From NCBI GenBank assembly GCA_963791045.1, contig CAWBQK010000004.1:64001-128000 (forward strand): a stretch of 64,000 bases of DNA, written 5' to 3'. The notes beneath the pieces were generated by a model. That model saw nothing but the letters and a program-made list of their open reading frames with translations. It was not told the origin of the DNA and did not search any database. Made by a program: the position numbers and the translations under genes. Below, piece after piece: positions 29,249 to 38,538 of the stretch. The number at the start of each line of letters is the position of its first letter. Position 1 is the stretch's first letter. Origin of the DNA: Candidatus Latescibacterota bacterium. GTDB taxonomy: Bacteria > Krumholzibacteriota > Krumholzibacteriia > WVZY01.

Positions 29249-30046
29249 TTACACTTTGAGATCTTTTTTATTGAAAGCAAAAACCGCAGCGGAGACAAGA
29301 AGGGTCAGCAATCCAATGAGCAGCGCCATCGATCCGGCCTGGACCTCTTGCCCGATGGGATTTGTTTGTCCGTAGTAGTGAAAAAGCGAGAATTTGAGCC
29401 AGGGATGAACCGCGTCGGTCAGCGGACCAAGCACGTACATAAAATAAGAAGAGACGAGTATGACAATCGCGATCCCCGACGCTGGTCTTTTTTTGTGAAA
29501 CACACAGGACCCCACCAAAGAGATTGCGCCGAACACAAAAATGACCGGGACCATGTTAAATGTCGCCCAAATCAATCGGGAAATGCTGGCGTCGAGACCG
29601 GTTATGAGAATCCCCGCGACGACACCCAATGCTATCACTATGTCCATCAAAACTACCGCCGTCGCAATCGCAGCAAACTTCTCGAGGAGGATACGCCAAC
29701 GCCTGACCGGATTGGCCATGAGAAGATCGATCGTGCCATTCTCCTCCTCACCGGCAATCGCACCTGCTCCCTGCAGAATCGCGAATATCGAAAGAATGAT
29801 CGGGAGCCACGAATCAAACAATTTCATATTGAGGAATTCTTCCGGAATGCTGAGTCCCGACTGACCGCCCACCAGTTTTTGCATGGCCGGCGGCAAAGAT
29901 TTGACGAACCCGTCCAGGTCCGCCATGTGCTGGAACGACGGGTAGATCAATATCGTCAAGCAGGTCATCGCCCCGAGCCCGATTCCCCAGCCGAGTACCT
30001 GCCCACGGAGATCGCGGAGGGTTTTTGTAAACACGCTACCGAGCAT
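29249..30046 (-). CDS. ABC-2 type transporter permease
   Basis: IAGEEENGTIDLLMANPVRR..ILLEK, FNKKDL; about six TM helices. Confidence 0.9.
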   Translation of the reverse strand: MLGSVFTKTLRDLRGQVLGWGIGLGAMTCLTILIYPSFQHMADLDGFVKSLPPAMQKLVGGQSGLSIPEEFLNMKLFDSWLPIILSIFAILQGAGAIAGEEENGTIDLLMANPVRRWRILLEKFAAIATAVVLMDIVIALGVVAGILITGLDASISRLIWATFNMVPVIFVFGAISLVGSCVFHKKRPASGIAIVILVSSYFMYVLGPLTDAVHPWLKFSLFHYYGQTNPIGQEVQAGSMALLIGLLTLLVSAAVFAFNKKDLKV

Positions 30047-30935
30047 CTTCCCCTCCTCCGTAGAGCGCGAGAAAGACCTCTTCAAGACTCGGCTCGTGGC
30101 TGATGAAATCAACCACCTCGAAACGCGCCAGTGCTTTCACCAGCGGGTCAATCGAACCCTGCACACTACACCGAAGACGTCTCGCGGAAACATCGACCTC
30201 ACTGATCGGGAGGGTCGCAAAATCCTCCACTGTTACATCCGAACCAAATGTCACTTCGATCCGGCGAACTGCCTTGTCCTTGATCGCCGCCACGTCTTCT
30301 ACAGCGACCAACTCGCCCTCGCGAACGATACCGACCCGGTCGCACACACGTTCCACTTCGGGCAGCACGTGCGACGAGAGAAACACCGTTCTTCCCGCGG
30401 CGCGCATCTCATCGACGAGCCGGTAAAATTCCTGTTGAACAAGGGGATCGAGCCCCGAAGTCGGTTCGTCGAGAATGAGAAGCTCGGGGTCGCTCATAAA
30501 CGCCTGCACGAGGCCGATCTTCTGTTTGCTACCGTGCGACAGGTCGTTGAGCGGCCGAGACAGGTCGCTTCCCAGTCGCTCCGCGAGTTCTTCCACTCGC
30601 GAACCGTCAACGCCGTGTCTCAATGAGGCGAAATACTCGAGAAATTCACGGCCGGTCAAATGATCGTAAAACAGGAATTCACCTGGGAGGTAACCGGTTC
30701 GCCGCCGAATCGCGACGCTTTCCTTTCGTGAATCCAAACCAAAAAGAGTGGCGCGCCCGGACGACGGGCGTATCAGATCGAGAAGAAGGCGGATCGTCGT
30801 GGTCTTTCCGGCCCCGTTCGGCCCGAGAAAACCAAACACCTCGCCCGATCTGATTTCGAGGTTCAGACCCGAAACCCCACGGCTGTGACCGTAGAATTTC
30901 GTGAGGTTTTCAGTTATGACAATTGCTTCGCCCAT
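30036..30935 (-). CDS. ABC transporter ATP-binding protein
   Basis: GPNGAGKTT, LSHGSKQK, LILDEPTSGLD, SSH. Confidence 0.95.
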   Translation of the reverse strand: MGEAIVITENLTKFYGHSRGVSGLNLEIRSGEVFGFLGPNGAGKTTTIRLLLDLIRPSSGRATLFGLDSRKESVAIRRRTGYLPGEFLFYDHLTGREFLEYFASLRHGVDGSRVEELAERLGSDLSRPLNDLSHGSKQKIGLVQAFMSDPELLILDEPTSGLDPLVQQEFYRLVDEMRAAGRTVFLSSHVLPEVERVCDRVGIVREGELVAVEDVAAIKDKAVRRIEVTFGSDVTVEDFATLPISEVDVSARRLRCSVQGSIDPLVKALARFEVVDFISHEPSLEEVFLALYGGGEDAR

Positions 30936-31008
30936 CACCGTTCCTGTTATTCATGCTATAATGAGATTTCAATTTATCATCACACGCGCCAGGGAGGGCG
31001 TCAAGCGA

Positions 31009-32250
31009 ATGCGAAATCTGTGGGTCTGGTCGTTATTGATGGTGTTTATATGCTGCGCCGGACCCGTCTTCGGTCAATTCGGACCCGGCGGCGATGTGGT
31101 TTTTGATAGCGGCGACAAAGCGCTCGCCATCCCCTTCGAACTCAATAGCGACAAGATATATCTCCAGGTTGAGATCAACAATGCCGGCCCATTCTGGCTC
31201 GTACTCGACACCGGATCGCCGGGGATGATTCTCGACACGCGGGTCGGAGACGAACTCGGCGTGACAACCGGCGAAGAATTCGAAGCGGGCGGGGCGGGAG
31301 AAAACCCTTTTGTTCTCGCCCCCGCGGACAGCATATTTGATGGGTCACTCCCCGGTATAACACTCCTCGACCAGCCCGCTTTTGTCGGCGGGATCGATGC
31401 CATCGTCGGCCCCTATGAGGGGCGGCGGCTCGACGGCGTTCTCGGCGGGTACAACATCTTTGCCAATTTCATCGTTGAAATCGACTACAACAAACAAATC
31501 ATCGACATATACAAACGTGACGGATATACCCAACGCGATGGCGGGACCGTCGTCCCAATCCACATTGAAGGCGGACACTCGGCCATAGAGGCACAATCCG
31601 TTCTCGCAAACGGCGACACCCTCGCCGGCGAATTTATGCTCGATACGGGGCTCAGGGGCACGGTTGTTTTTAATACGCCGTTTGTCAACAAACATGAACT
31701 CATCACAGCGCTCTCCCCCACCATTTACACCACGACGGGCGGCGGTCTCGGCGGCCAGGTAAAGACCCACGTCGGACGTCTCGCCGACTTTGTGTTTGGC
31801 GGATTCCCGCTCGGACCCATTCCAGCCGGGCTCTCCCAACTCACACGCGGGGCCTTTGCCGGTGACTATGTCGCGGGGATCATCGGATCCGCCGTCTTGC
31901 AGCATTTTTATGTGGTTTTCGACTACGCCGGCGAAAGGCTGATCTTGTACGAAAACACATACAACGCCGGCCGTCTCGACTTCGACAAGAGCGGAACGTT
32001 CCTGGTATCCGATGTCGATGACCGCTCGGTGTACCGTGTTGTAGATGTCATCGACGGTTCGCCGGCCGATGACGCGGGTCTTGCGATTGGTGACATAATC
32101 AGAGGCATTGACGGAAGCAACGCCTCTGAAATTTCACTCGAACAAGTGCGCCGTTTGTTCCGTGGGGACGCGGGCACGCAACTTAAAATCGAATACGAAC
32201 GAGACGGCCGTCTCGATACCGCGACACTTGTCCTCAAAAAAGTGATCTAG
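31009..32250 (+). CDS. Secreted twin retropepsin-like aspartyl protease with C-terminal PDZ domain
   Basis: Two LDTG motifs, DGVLG / GIIG, PDZ GSPA..AGL..GD.I; signal peptide. Confidence 0.88.
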   Translation: MRNLWVWSLLMVFICCAGPVFGQFGPGGDVVFDSGDKALAIPFELNSDKIYLQVEINNAGPFWLVLDTGSPGMILDTRVGDELGVTTGEEFEAGGAGENPFVLAPADSIFDGSLPGITLLDQPAFVGGIDAIVGPYEGRRLDGVLGGYNIFANFIVEIDYNKQIIDIYKRDGYTQRDGGTVVPIHIEGGHSAIEAQSVLANGDTLAGEFMLDTGLRGTVVFNTPFVNKHELITALSPTIYTTTGGGLGGQVKTHVGRLADFVFGGFPLGPIPAGLSQLTRGAFAGDYVAGIIGSAVLQHFYVVFDYAGERLILYENTYNAGRLDFDKSGTFLVSDVDDRSVYRVVDVIDGSPADDAGLAIGDIIRGIDGSNASEISLEQVRRLFRGDAGTQLKIEYERDGRLDTATLVLKKVI

Positions 32251-32275
32251 GCTCAATTAACAGAAAGAGATCATC

Positions 32276-33802
32276 ATGCGGGTAGCGCTTTCTTTTATCC
32301 TCGTGTTTGCCGTTTTTGTCTCCGTCGCCCACTCCCAGGAACCATTCGATGGCCTGACCATGATTTCTCCCCTGACGACAAACGATAGTTATGTTATCGA
32401 TCTTGATTACAACATCGTCAAGACATGGCATGGCACGAATCCCCCGGCAACCATCGCGCAATTGCTGCCGGACGGTTCGATATTCCGGCCGTGTATCGAT
32501 CCGGACGCCGTATTTGGTCTTGCGGGCGGTGGCGGACGTCTCCAGTTTATCAATGCCGACGATGTCATCACCTGGGATTATATTTTCTCCGATGACACCA
32601 GACGACAGCATCACGATGCCGAACCGATGCCGAACGGAAACGTCCTTATCATCGCATGGGAGAGACATACACAGGCCGAGGCAATCGCCGCGGGGCGACA
32701 AGTTGTCGGGGGCGAAATGTGGTTGACGATGATCGCTGAGATCGAACCGGTTGGCGCAACGGGTGGTAATATTGTTTGGGAATGGCACCTTTGGGATCAT
32801 CTCATCCAGGACGCCGATCCATCGAAAGACAATTATGGCGTCGTGGGCGACCATCCTGAACTCATGGACATCAACTACGGAAACGTGCCCAACAACGATT
32901 GGGATCATGCCAACGCGATTGACTACAATCCGGAGCTCGATCAAATCGTTATTAGTGTTCTAAAGATGAACGAGTTCTGGATCATCGATCACAGCACGAC
33001 AACCGAAGAGGCCGCCGGCCACACAGGCGGGCTGCGCGGACACGGCGGGGATCTGCTCTATCGATGGGGAAACCCGCAGACCTACCGCAGAGGTGATGAA
33101 TCCGATCAGTACTACTTCAATGTGCACGGCGCCAACTGGATCGACCCGTATCTTCCGGGAGCGGGCAATATCTTGACATTCAACAATGGCGACCGGCCGG
33201 CCACCAACGACGACTACTCCAGCGTCGAGGAGATTGTTCCGCCGTTGCAACCGGACGGCAATTATACGATCCTGCCGGGTGAGCCATTTGGGCCCGCCAC
33301 TCCGGTTTGGTCTTATTCACAACCGCCCGCTTTCTACGGGTTCAACCGTTGCGGAGCCTACCGTTTACCCAACGGGAACACGCTGATTTGCGAAACCGCC
33401 GACGCCAATATTTTTGAAGTGGCGATGGACGGCACAAAGGTATGGCAGTACACGGCGCCCGCCGCGGTACACCGCGCGCCGAGATACTGGTACGATATCG
33501 TGGGTATAACGGATCAACCGAGCCGCGCTTCCGTCGTACTCGAGAATTACCCAAACCCCTTCAATCCACAGACCACGATCACGTTTGATTTGCCCGTCAA
33601 CGGTCGCGCGCGGATCGATGTCTATGACGTCACGGGCGGGCTTGTGACCACGCTGTTGGACACACCTATGAGCGCGGGACCCCAACACGTCGCATGGGAT
33701 GGCCGCGACCGTCATGGCCGGCCCGCCAGCTCGGGGGTCTATTTCTACAGACTGACCGCGCCCGGTCTGACGCGAACCAACAAAATGGTCCTGTCTAAAT
33801 AA
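32276..33802 (+). CDS. Arylsulfate sulfotransferase (ASST)-like protein with FlgD-Ig/T9SS-like C-terminal domain
   Basis: QHHD...MPNGN, IVWEW...DH, DWDHANAIDY, YRWGNPQ, RLPNGNTLI; C-terminal NYPNPFNPQTTI...SGVYFYRL. Confidence 0.88.
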   Translation: MRVALSFILVFAVFVSVAHSQEPFDGLTMISPLTTNDSYVIDLDYNIVKTWHGTNPPATIAQLLPDGSIFRPCIDPDAVFGLAGGGGRLQFINADDVITWDYIFSDDTRRQHHDAEPMPNGNVLIIAWERHTQAEAIAAGRQVVGGEMWLTMIAEIEPVGATGGNIVWEWHLWDHLIQDADPSKDNYGVVGDHPELMDINYGNVPNNDWDHANAIDYNPELDQIVISVLKMNEFWIIDHSTTTEEAAGHTGGLRGHGGDLLYRWGNPQTYRRGDESDQYYFNVHGANWIDPYLPGAGNILTFNNGDRPATNDDYSSVEEIVPPLQPDGNYTILPGEPFGPATPVWSYSQPPAFYGFNRCGAYRLPNGNTLICETADANIFEVAMDGTKVWQYTAPAAVHRAPRYWYDIVGITDQPSRASVVLENYPNPFNPQTTITFDLPVNGRARIDVYDVTGGLVTTLLDTPMSAGPQHVAWDGRDRHGRPASSGVYFYRLTAPGLTRTNKMVLSK

Positions 33803-33840
33803 CTAATCGGCGACCGTTAGGTGTTCGGGAATATTGTACT

Positions 33841-34797
33841 TCAAAAAGAACCGTCTCCCGGTCCTCTTCGCAGCGAGTAACGGCGTTCGGCATACGCCGC
33901 ATCTTCCACCCAGAGCTTGCGGGCGCTCCGTCGGATCAGCGGACGTATTACCGAGCCAAACGTCTTTATGAAAAAATGAAATTGCGGGCGCTCCGACGTC
34001 GCGAGCGTTGCCTCGGTGACAATGGTCCGCCCCGGCTCTACGCGCGTCGCATGGGTCTCGACGACGGAACCAATCCCCTCCCCACCGATGATGGTCATCA
34101 CAATCGTTCTGGGTTCCGGGCAGTAAAAACGAGCATCGACTTCCATACCGAAATTCTTAAAAAAACGATACACCACACGGACTGTTATTGAGTCCTCCCG
34201 CTGATCGATGACCTTGAGACGCGCAAACGAGTGCGGATGGAAGTGAGCGCCGTGCCAGGGATCGAGTCTGTTGGCGATCACATCCTCCGGTTCGCACCGC
34301 GCTTCTTTTTGTATAACGGCGTCGAGAAACCGCACAGGCCTCGGCGGGATTATCGGGGCGGGTGTGCTATCGTCGTCCTCGCAAATTCGGATCCACACAA
34401 GCACACCGTCATCAAATGAAATCACCGGCCGCCACTTTCCGTGCGGTTCACTTCCAAGAACGAGGCCGTGCCACGGGCACACCACGCAATCGTCCTTTAC
34501 CGAACCGTCCGCGAGAGATGCTCCCATGTGCGGACATTCATCCGGCGCCACGACAACGCCCGCACTCGATCTCCACGCAACGTAGTCCCGACCTTCAATC
34601 CGAAATCGGCGGGGTTTTTCCTCGACATCCCGGGACGCCCCAACGACACACCATCCACCCGACGGAAGTTCGAGCGCCCGCTTCAGAGACTTTTCTACCC
34701 AGGGCCGACGCGCCTGGACCCAGTCCGGATCGGTTGATACCGGTTCGGCGGGTTCCAGTCCCCGTCCAAAGAGCTTTAATCCTCCGGATTCCCTCAT
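33841..34797 (-). CDS. crtV: Rieske [2Fe-2S] plus DUF5914-type protein (Streptomyces CrtV-like)
   Basis: CPHMGASL...CPWHG Rieske motif; CEPEDVIANRLDPWHG..FHPHSF, GEGIGSVVETHAT, LWVEDAAYAERRY; last gene of the crt cluster. Confidence 0.8.
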   Translation of the reverse strand: MRESGGLKLFGRGLEPAEPVSTDPDWVQARRPWVEKSLKRALELPSGGWCVVGASRDVEEKPRRFRIEGRDYVAWRSSAGVVVAPDECPHMGASLADGSVKDDCVVCPWHGLVLGSEPHGKWRPVISFDDGVLVWIRICEDDDSTPAPIIPPRPVRFLDAVIQKEARCEPEDVIANRLDPWHGAHFHPHSFARLKVIDQREDSITVRVVYRFFKNFGMEVDARFYCPEPRTIVMTIIGGEGIGSVVETHATRVEPGRTIVTEATLATSERPQFHFFIKTFGSVIRPLIRRSARKLWVEDAAYAERRYSLRRGPGDGSF

Positions 34798-34846
34798 TCC
34801 AACTCCTTCAAAGACGATGGCGCTCTATCTATCAGATAATCATGTA

Positions 34847-36346
34847 TCAGAATGCAAAGCGTGAGAACATTCCACGCGGTGAAATCGAGTACACCGGCTC
34901 AGGCTCAACACCGAGCTCGCAAAGGTAATGATTCGCCGCTATAAAGCCCGACGCGGCGGCGCGTTCCATAAGCGCGCTCGGAAAAGGCAGTTTGACGAAA
35001 TCCCCCGCTATTGAAACACCGGGGAACGGAGTCTCAACACCGGGCCTCTTTGCATAAGAACCCGGCGCGAACGCGGGGCAATCCTGCCGGACAAAAAACC
35101 GTTCATCGACAATCCGTGCGTCTTTTGTTTCCGGATACAACAAATGCAGCGCGGAAAGAAGCTCCCGCTTCAATCCTTCTTCCTGCCAATCGCTGCCGAC
35201 CGCATAGGCGTGAAGCTCGACCACCGACCCATCATTTTTTTCGGACCACTCGCGGCTCTCATCCTCGAACAACTCGTACACGGATATATTGTCGATTGAT
35301 CCCAACCCTGTCGTTCCTACGAAAGGCGAGCGCCCACTGGCCGAGGGTCGATCGAGCCAAATTCGCCAGACGGCAAACGGATTCGTGAGTGAGAGTCCCT
35401 CTACCGACGCGCGCCATTCGGGATGATCCAGGTCGGGTGAAGCGGCGACGATCTCCCGGATCGCCGGCACCGTTACCGCCAGCACAACTCCACCGGCATC
35501 GACTGACATCGACTCGGTCGAAACGCGCCATCCGTTGTCGCTTCGTCGCCTGATCCCCGTAACCGTTTCACCTTTGAAAATAGACACCCCGCGTCCACGA
35601 AGATAGTCGGCGAAAGGATTCCAGATCGATTTCGAAAACGGCGCGTTAGCCACATCAAAGATCAGACCCTCGGGGTTCCCTGTAAAATAGAAATGAAACA
35701 TCATGAGGAGTTCACCCGCCGACATCTCTCGCTCGGGGTTGAAGAACGAGTGCGCGAACACGTCGAAAAGAAGCCGCCGCGCATCGGGCGGAAAACGGAG
35801 CGAGTCGAGAAACTCACCAGCATTCATGGTATCGCGTCGTTCGTACGTTTTCTTCACATCATAAGTCAGCATCTCCATCGCCCGCCGGGCGTCGACCCGG
35901 GCCAGGTCGCGGAGTGTCAGGGCCGGGGTTCTCGCTGTTAGCGCCATGACATTCCATGGGGTCCGGCGCGGGAGGTTTGAAAAACTCTGCACCTGGCCTT
36001 CCGCCCCAAGGATTGGGTAATCATCGAGCGGAACCAGGAACCCGAGCTCCGCGTCCAACCGCCGAAGAAGCGCTTGCAGGTTGTAGTACTGTCTGAAGAA
36101 AGCGTGAAAACCCCTTTCCATTTCGAAGGTTGTGTCGTCGACAAGCTTGTCAGTCCATGCACCGGCGCGCCCGCCCAGGAACGTCTCTTTCTCGATCAAA
36201 GTGACATCAACACCGCGCTCGGCAAGAACCGTCGCCGCCGAAATACCCGCGATCCCTCCACCGACGACCACCGCGGTCGCGGTCTCGTCGACTCGAGTTT
36301 TCCCTCCGGGCCGCGGCGACATATAAGTCTGTATGGGCCTTCCCAT
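34847..36346 (-). CDS. crtU: FAD-dependent carotenoid aromatic-ring synthase (isorenieratene synthase, CrtU-like)
   Basis: VGGGIAGISAA..LAERG, LGGRAGAW, RGFHAFFRQYYNL, FAHSFF, MSAGELLMMFHFYF, VVELHAYA, ALMERAA. Confidence 0.82.
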   Translation of the reverse strand: MGRPIQTYMSPRPGGKTRVDETATAVVVGGGIAGISAATVLAERGVDVTLIEKETFLGGRAGAWTDKLVDDTTFEMERGFHAFFRQYYNLQALLRRLDAELGFLVPLDDYPILGAEGQVQSFSNLPRRTPWNVMALTARTPALTLRDLARVDARRAMEMLTYDVKKTYERRDTMNAGEFLDSLRFPPDARRLLFDVFAHSFFNPEREMSAGELLMMFHFYFTGNPEGLIFDVANAPFSKSIWNPFADYLRGRGVSIFKGETVTGIRRRSDNGWRVSTESMSVDAGGVVLAVTVPAIREIVAASPDLDHPEWRASVEGLSLTNPFAVWRIWLDRPSASGRSPFVGTTGLGSIDNISVYELFEDESREWSEKNDGSVVELHAYAVGSDWQEEGLKRELLSALHLLYPETKDARIVDERFFVRQDCPAFAPGSYAKRPGVETPFPGVSIAGDFVKLPFPSALMERAAASGFIAANHYLCELGVEPEPVYSISPRGMFSRFAF

Positions 36347-37071
36347 TATCCTTCCCTTCTTGCGACAAAGCTATGAACGACTCCACGCTGCCATCCATCC
36401 ATTGCCTCTACCCGAACGTCGACGAACCCCGCTTCTCGCAAACGCGCCGTCAAGGTGAGGACACCGTCAAATTCGAGAACGCTCCGTCTCAGATACCGGA
36501 AGATCGTCGTCGTACCGGTGAAAACAAACCCGAGCGGGATTACGATTCCCGCCGTCACCGCCTTCCAGGTAATCTGACTCCGGCGCGAATCGGCAACCGA
36601 GTATTCGTGCAGGCAGATCGTCCCGCCGGGCGAAAGCAGATTGTTCAGCCTTTTGAGACAGAGATCGGGATCCGTGACGTTCCGAATCCCATAGGCCATC
36701 AGAATGCCGTCGAACGGACCCACAGCCCCCGCGGCGGCAGGATCCATTGCATTCCCCTCTATAAACACCACGTCGCCAAGGGTCTTTTTGCCTTGCGCGA
36801 CGGCAAGCATTCCGGAGGACGCATCGAGCCCGGTAATTTCCGCGTCGGGATACTGTTTTCGTAGCGCGACCGTGGAAAGCCCGGTGCCGCAACACAGATC
36901 GAGAATCCTCGCGGTTTCGGGGAGGCCCAGGCGCTCGGCGCTCCAGCGAAGGTGCTTGGTGTACCCCGGGTTCAATGCACAGAGAAGATCATACCCTTTG
37001 GCAACGCGGTCGAATTCGGAACCGATTTCTCTTTTGTCCGCGGTTAGTCCGAGATTCTTTTCGTTTTTCAT
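36346..37071 (-). CDS. crtT: Class I SAM methyltransferase (CrtT-like)
   Basis: YDLL.ALNPGY..HLR.SA, LDLCCGTGLST, MAYGIRN, YLRRSV..FDG, GWQRGVVHSF; immediately upstream of crtU. Confidence 0.78.
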   Translation of the reverse strand: MKNEKNLGLTADKREIGSEFDRVAKGYDLLCALNPGYTKHLRWSAERLGLPETARILDLCCGTGLSTVALRKQYPDAEITGLDASSGMLAVAQGKKTLGDVVFIEGNAMDPAAAGAVGPFDGILMAYGIRNVTDPDLCLKRLNNLLSPGGTICLHEYSVADSRRSQITWKAVTAGIVIPLGFVFTGTTTIFRYLRRSVLEFDGVLTLTARLREAGFVDVRVEAMDGWQRGVVHSFVARREG

Positions 37072-37093
37072 ACGATCCTTTCGAATCCAAAGA

Positions 37094-37585
37094 TCAATAG
37101 TTGAGCTTGATCCGGATCACAATTGGATCACCAGACGTCAAAAATGATGCAGCTTCAAAACTCGGCGGTCCAAACCGGCCTTTTGCGTTATTGGAAAATC
37201 CGTAACCCTCGCTCGGGCGGCCGATGACATCGGTTTCCATCGAGTCATTTCCGTTTTCATCGTGATACACCGAAACCGCGTAGCGGCCGGACGGCACCAT
37301 TTCGATCGTGAACTCAACGGTCTCACCCGTGATCGGCAACTCCAGACGCCGGTACACTTTTTCCATTTTACCCGGGAATCCTTCGGGTGTATTGAAGAGC
37401 GCGAGTCGTATCACGCCCTCGCTGTGCTCAATCCCTTCGATAACAACCTTTACCGCCGCTGTCTTGCTCGTGTCAATTCCGGCTTCCGACGACGCCCGGC
37501 CCTCCACCCGTTTCGTACAACCGATGGCAATCGATATAAAAAGACCCGCAACAATCACGGCGATTATCGTTTTCAGATTAGTCAT
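37094..37585 (-). CDS. DUF2141-domain lipoprotein
   Basis: G.YAVSVYHDENGN..M.T...G.P.EGYGFSNNA....GPPSF; lipobox AIGC; ATGA overlap with crtB. Confidence 0.85.
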   Translation of the reverse strand: MTNLKTIIAVIVAGLFISIAIGCTKRVEGRASSEAGIDTSKTAAVKVVIEGIEHSEGVIRLALFNTPEGFPGKMEKVYRRLELPITGETVEFTIEMVPSGRYAVSVYHDENGNDSMETDVIGRPSEGYGFSNNAKGRFGPPSFEAASFLTSGDPIVIRIKLNY

Positions 37586-38538
37586 ACCGGTAGAACGTCC
37601 TCGGGAAATTGCACACGGCGGCTCGGCGCCGCCAGTCGCGACCCTGATCGGAGTCGAGCCACTGCTCGACCTGGCACTTCGGCGATCGAGCATCCCAATG
37701 CCGCCGACGTGAGTAAGAGCTTTTGAGTCAATGGAACAACGGCTCGCCCGGCGATTGGGTCGCAGTTCGCACGTCGGACTCTCGAGCCGATCGCCGAATA
37801 GACATTTCTCGCCGTCCGAATCGATAGTGCGCACCGCCACGATAGAGCGTGCAGCCCCCTGTCGCCTGAAGCATAGTAGCGCTGAGCCTCATCGAGCAGC
37901 GCGCCCGTCGATCGAGCAACGGCATTTTGCGCATGTTCGGGGAACGCCTGCCCCAGTGAACCGGCAAGGCTTGGACATCCCTCCGCAGCGAGAATTTCTT
38001 CGGGGATGTACAACCGGCCGCGATTCCAGTCCTCGAGAACATCGCGGCAAATATTGGTAATTTGCATCGCCATCCCCAGGTGGACTGCATTTCGGGTTGC
38101 ACGTTCATCCGTCACGCCCATCACGTGACACATCATAAGTCCGACCGTCCCCGCTACGCAGTAGCAGTAGCGAAGAAAAGTCTCCATATCGACGTAGATT
38201 GTGCCGACAACATCCATCTCCATCCCCGAAAGTAAATCGTCAGCGTAATCCCGATAGATCCCGCACTCTTCGGCAACACTTTGAAAGACCGCCAGGACCG
38301 GATCATCGAGGGTTCGTCCTGAATAGACATCATCAAGCTCTTTTCTCAGCCGTTCGAGAGCCGCACTTTCTTCTCCGGGCGCGGCGAGGTCGATGGCATC
38401 GTCGGCCCGTCGACACCACGCGTAGACCACGACGGCACGTTGGCGCACACCATGAGGAAGCAGCCTCGAAGCGAGGGAAAAACTCTTGGAGTGATGACGG
38501 ATGATCTCGTCACACGTCTGCAACGGGTCTTTAATCAC
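37582..38538 (-). CDS. crtB: Phytoene synthase
   Basis: SKSFSLAS, YAWCRRADDAID, GMEMD, YCYCVAGTVG, LGMAMQITNICRDV.ED...GRLY. Confidence 0.95.
   Translation of the reverse strand: MIKDPLQTCDEIIRHHSKSFSLASRLLPHGVRQRAVVVYAWCRRADDAIDLAAPGEESAALERLRKELDDVYSGRTLDDPVLAVFQSVAEECGIYRDYADDLLSGMEMDVVGTIYVDMETFLRYCYCVAGTVGLMMCHVMGVTDERATRNAVHLGMAMQITNICRDVLEDWNRGRLYIPEEILAAEGCPSLAGSLGQAFPEHAQNAVARSTGALLDEAQRYYASGDRGLHALSWRCALSIRTARNVYSAIGSRVRRANCDPIAGRAVVPLTQKLLLTSAALGCSIAEVPGRAVARLRSGSRLAAPSRRVQFPEDVLPV

Noticed and set aside
29237-30103. 288-aa plus-strand ORF
   Set aside because: Antisense shadow of the ABC permease.
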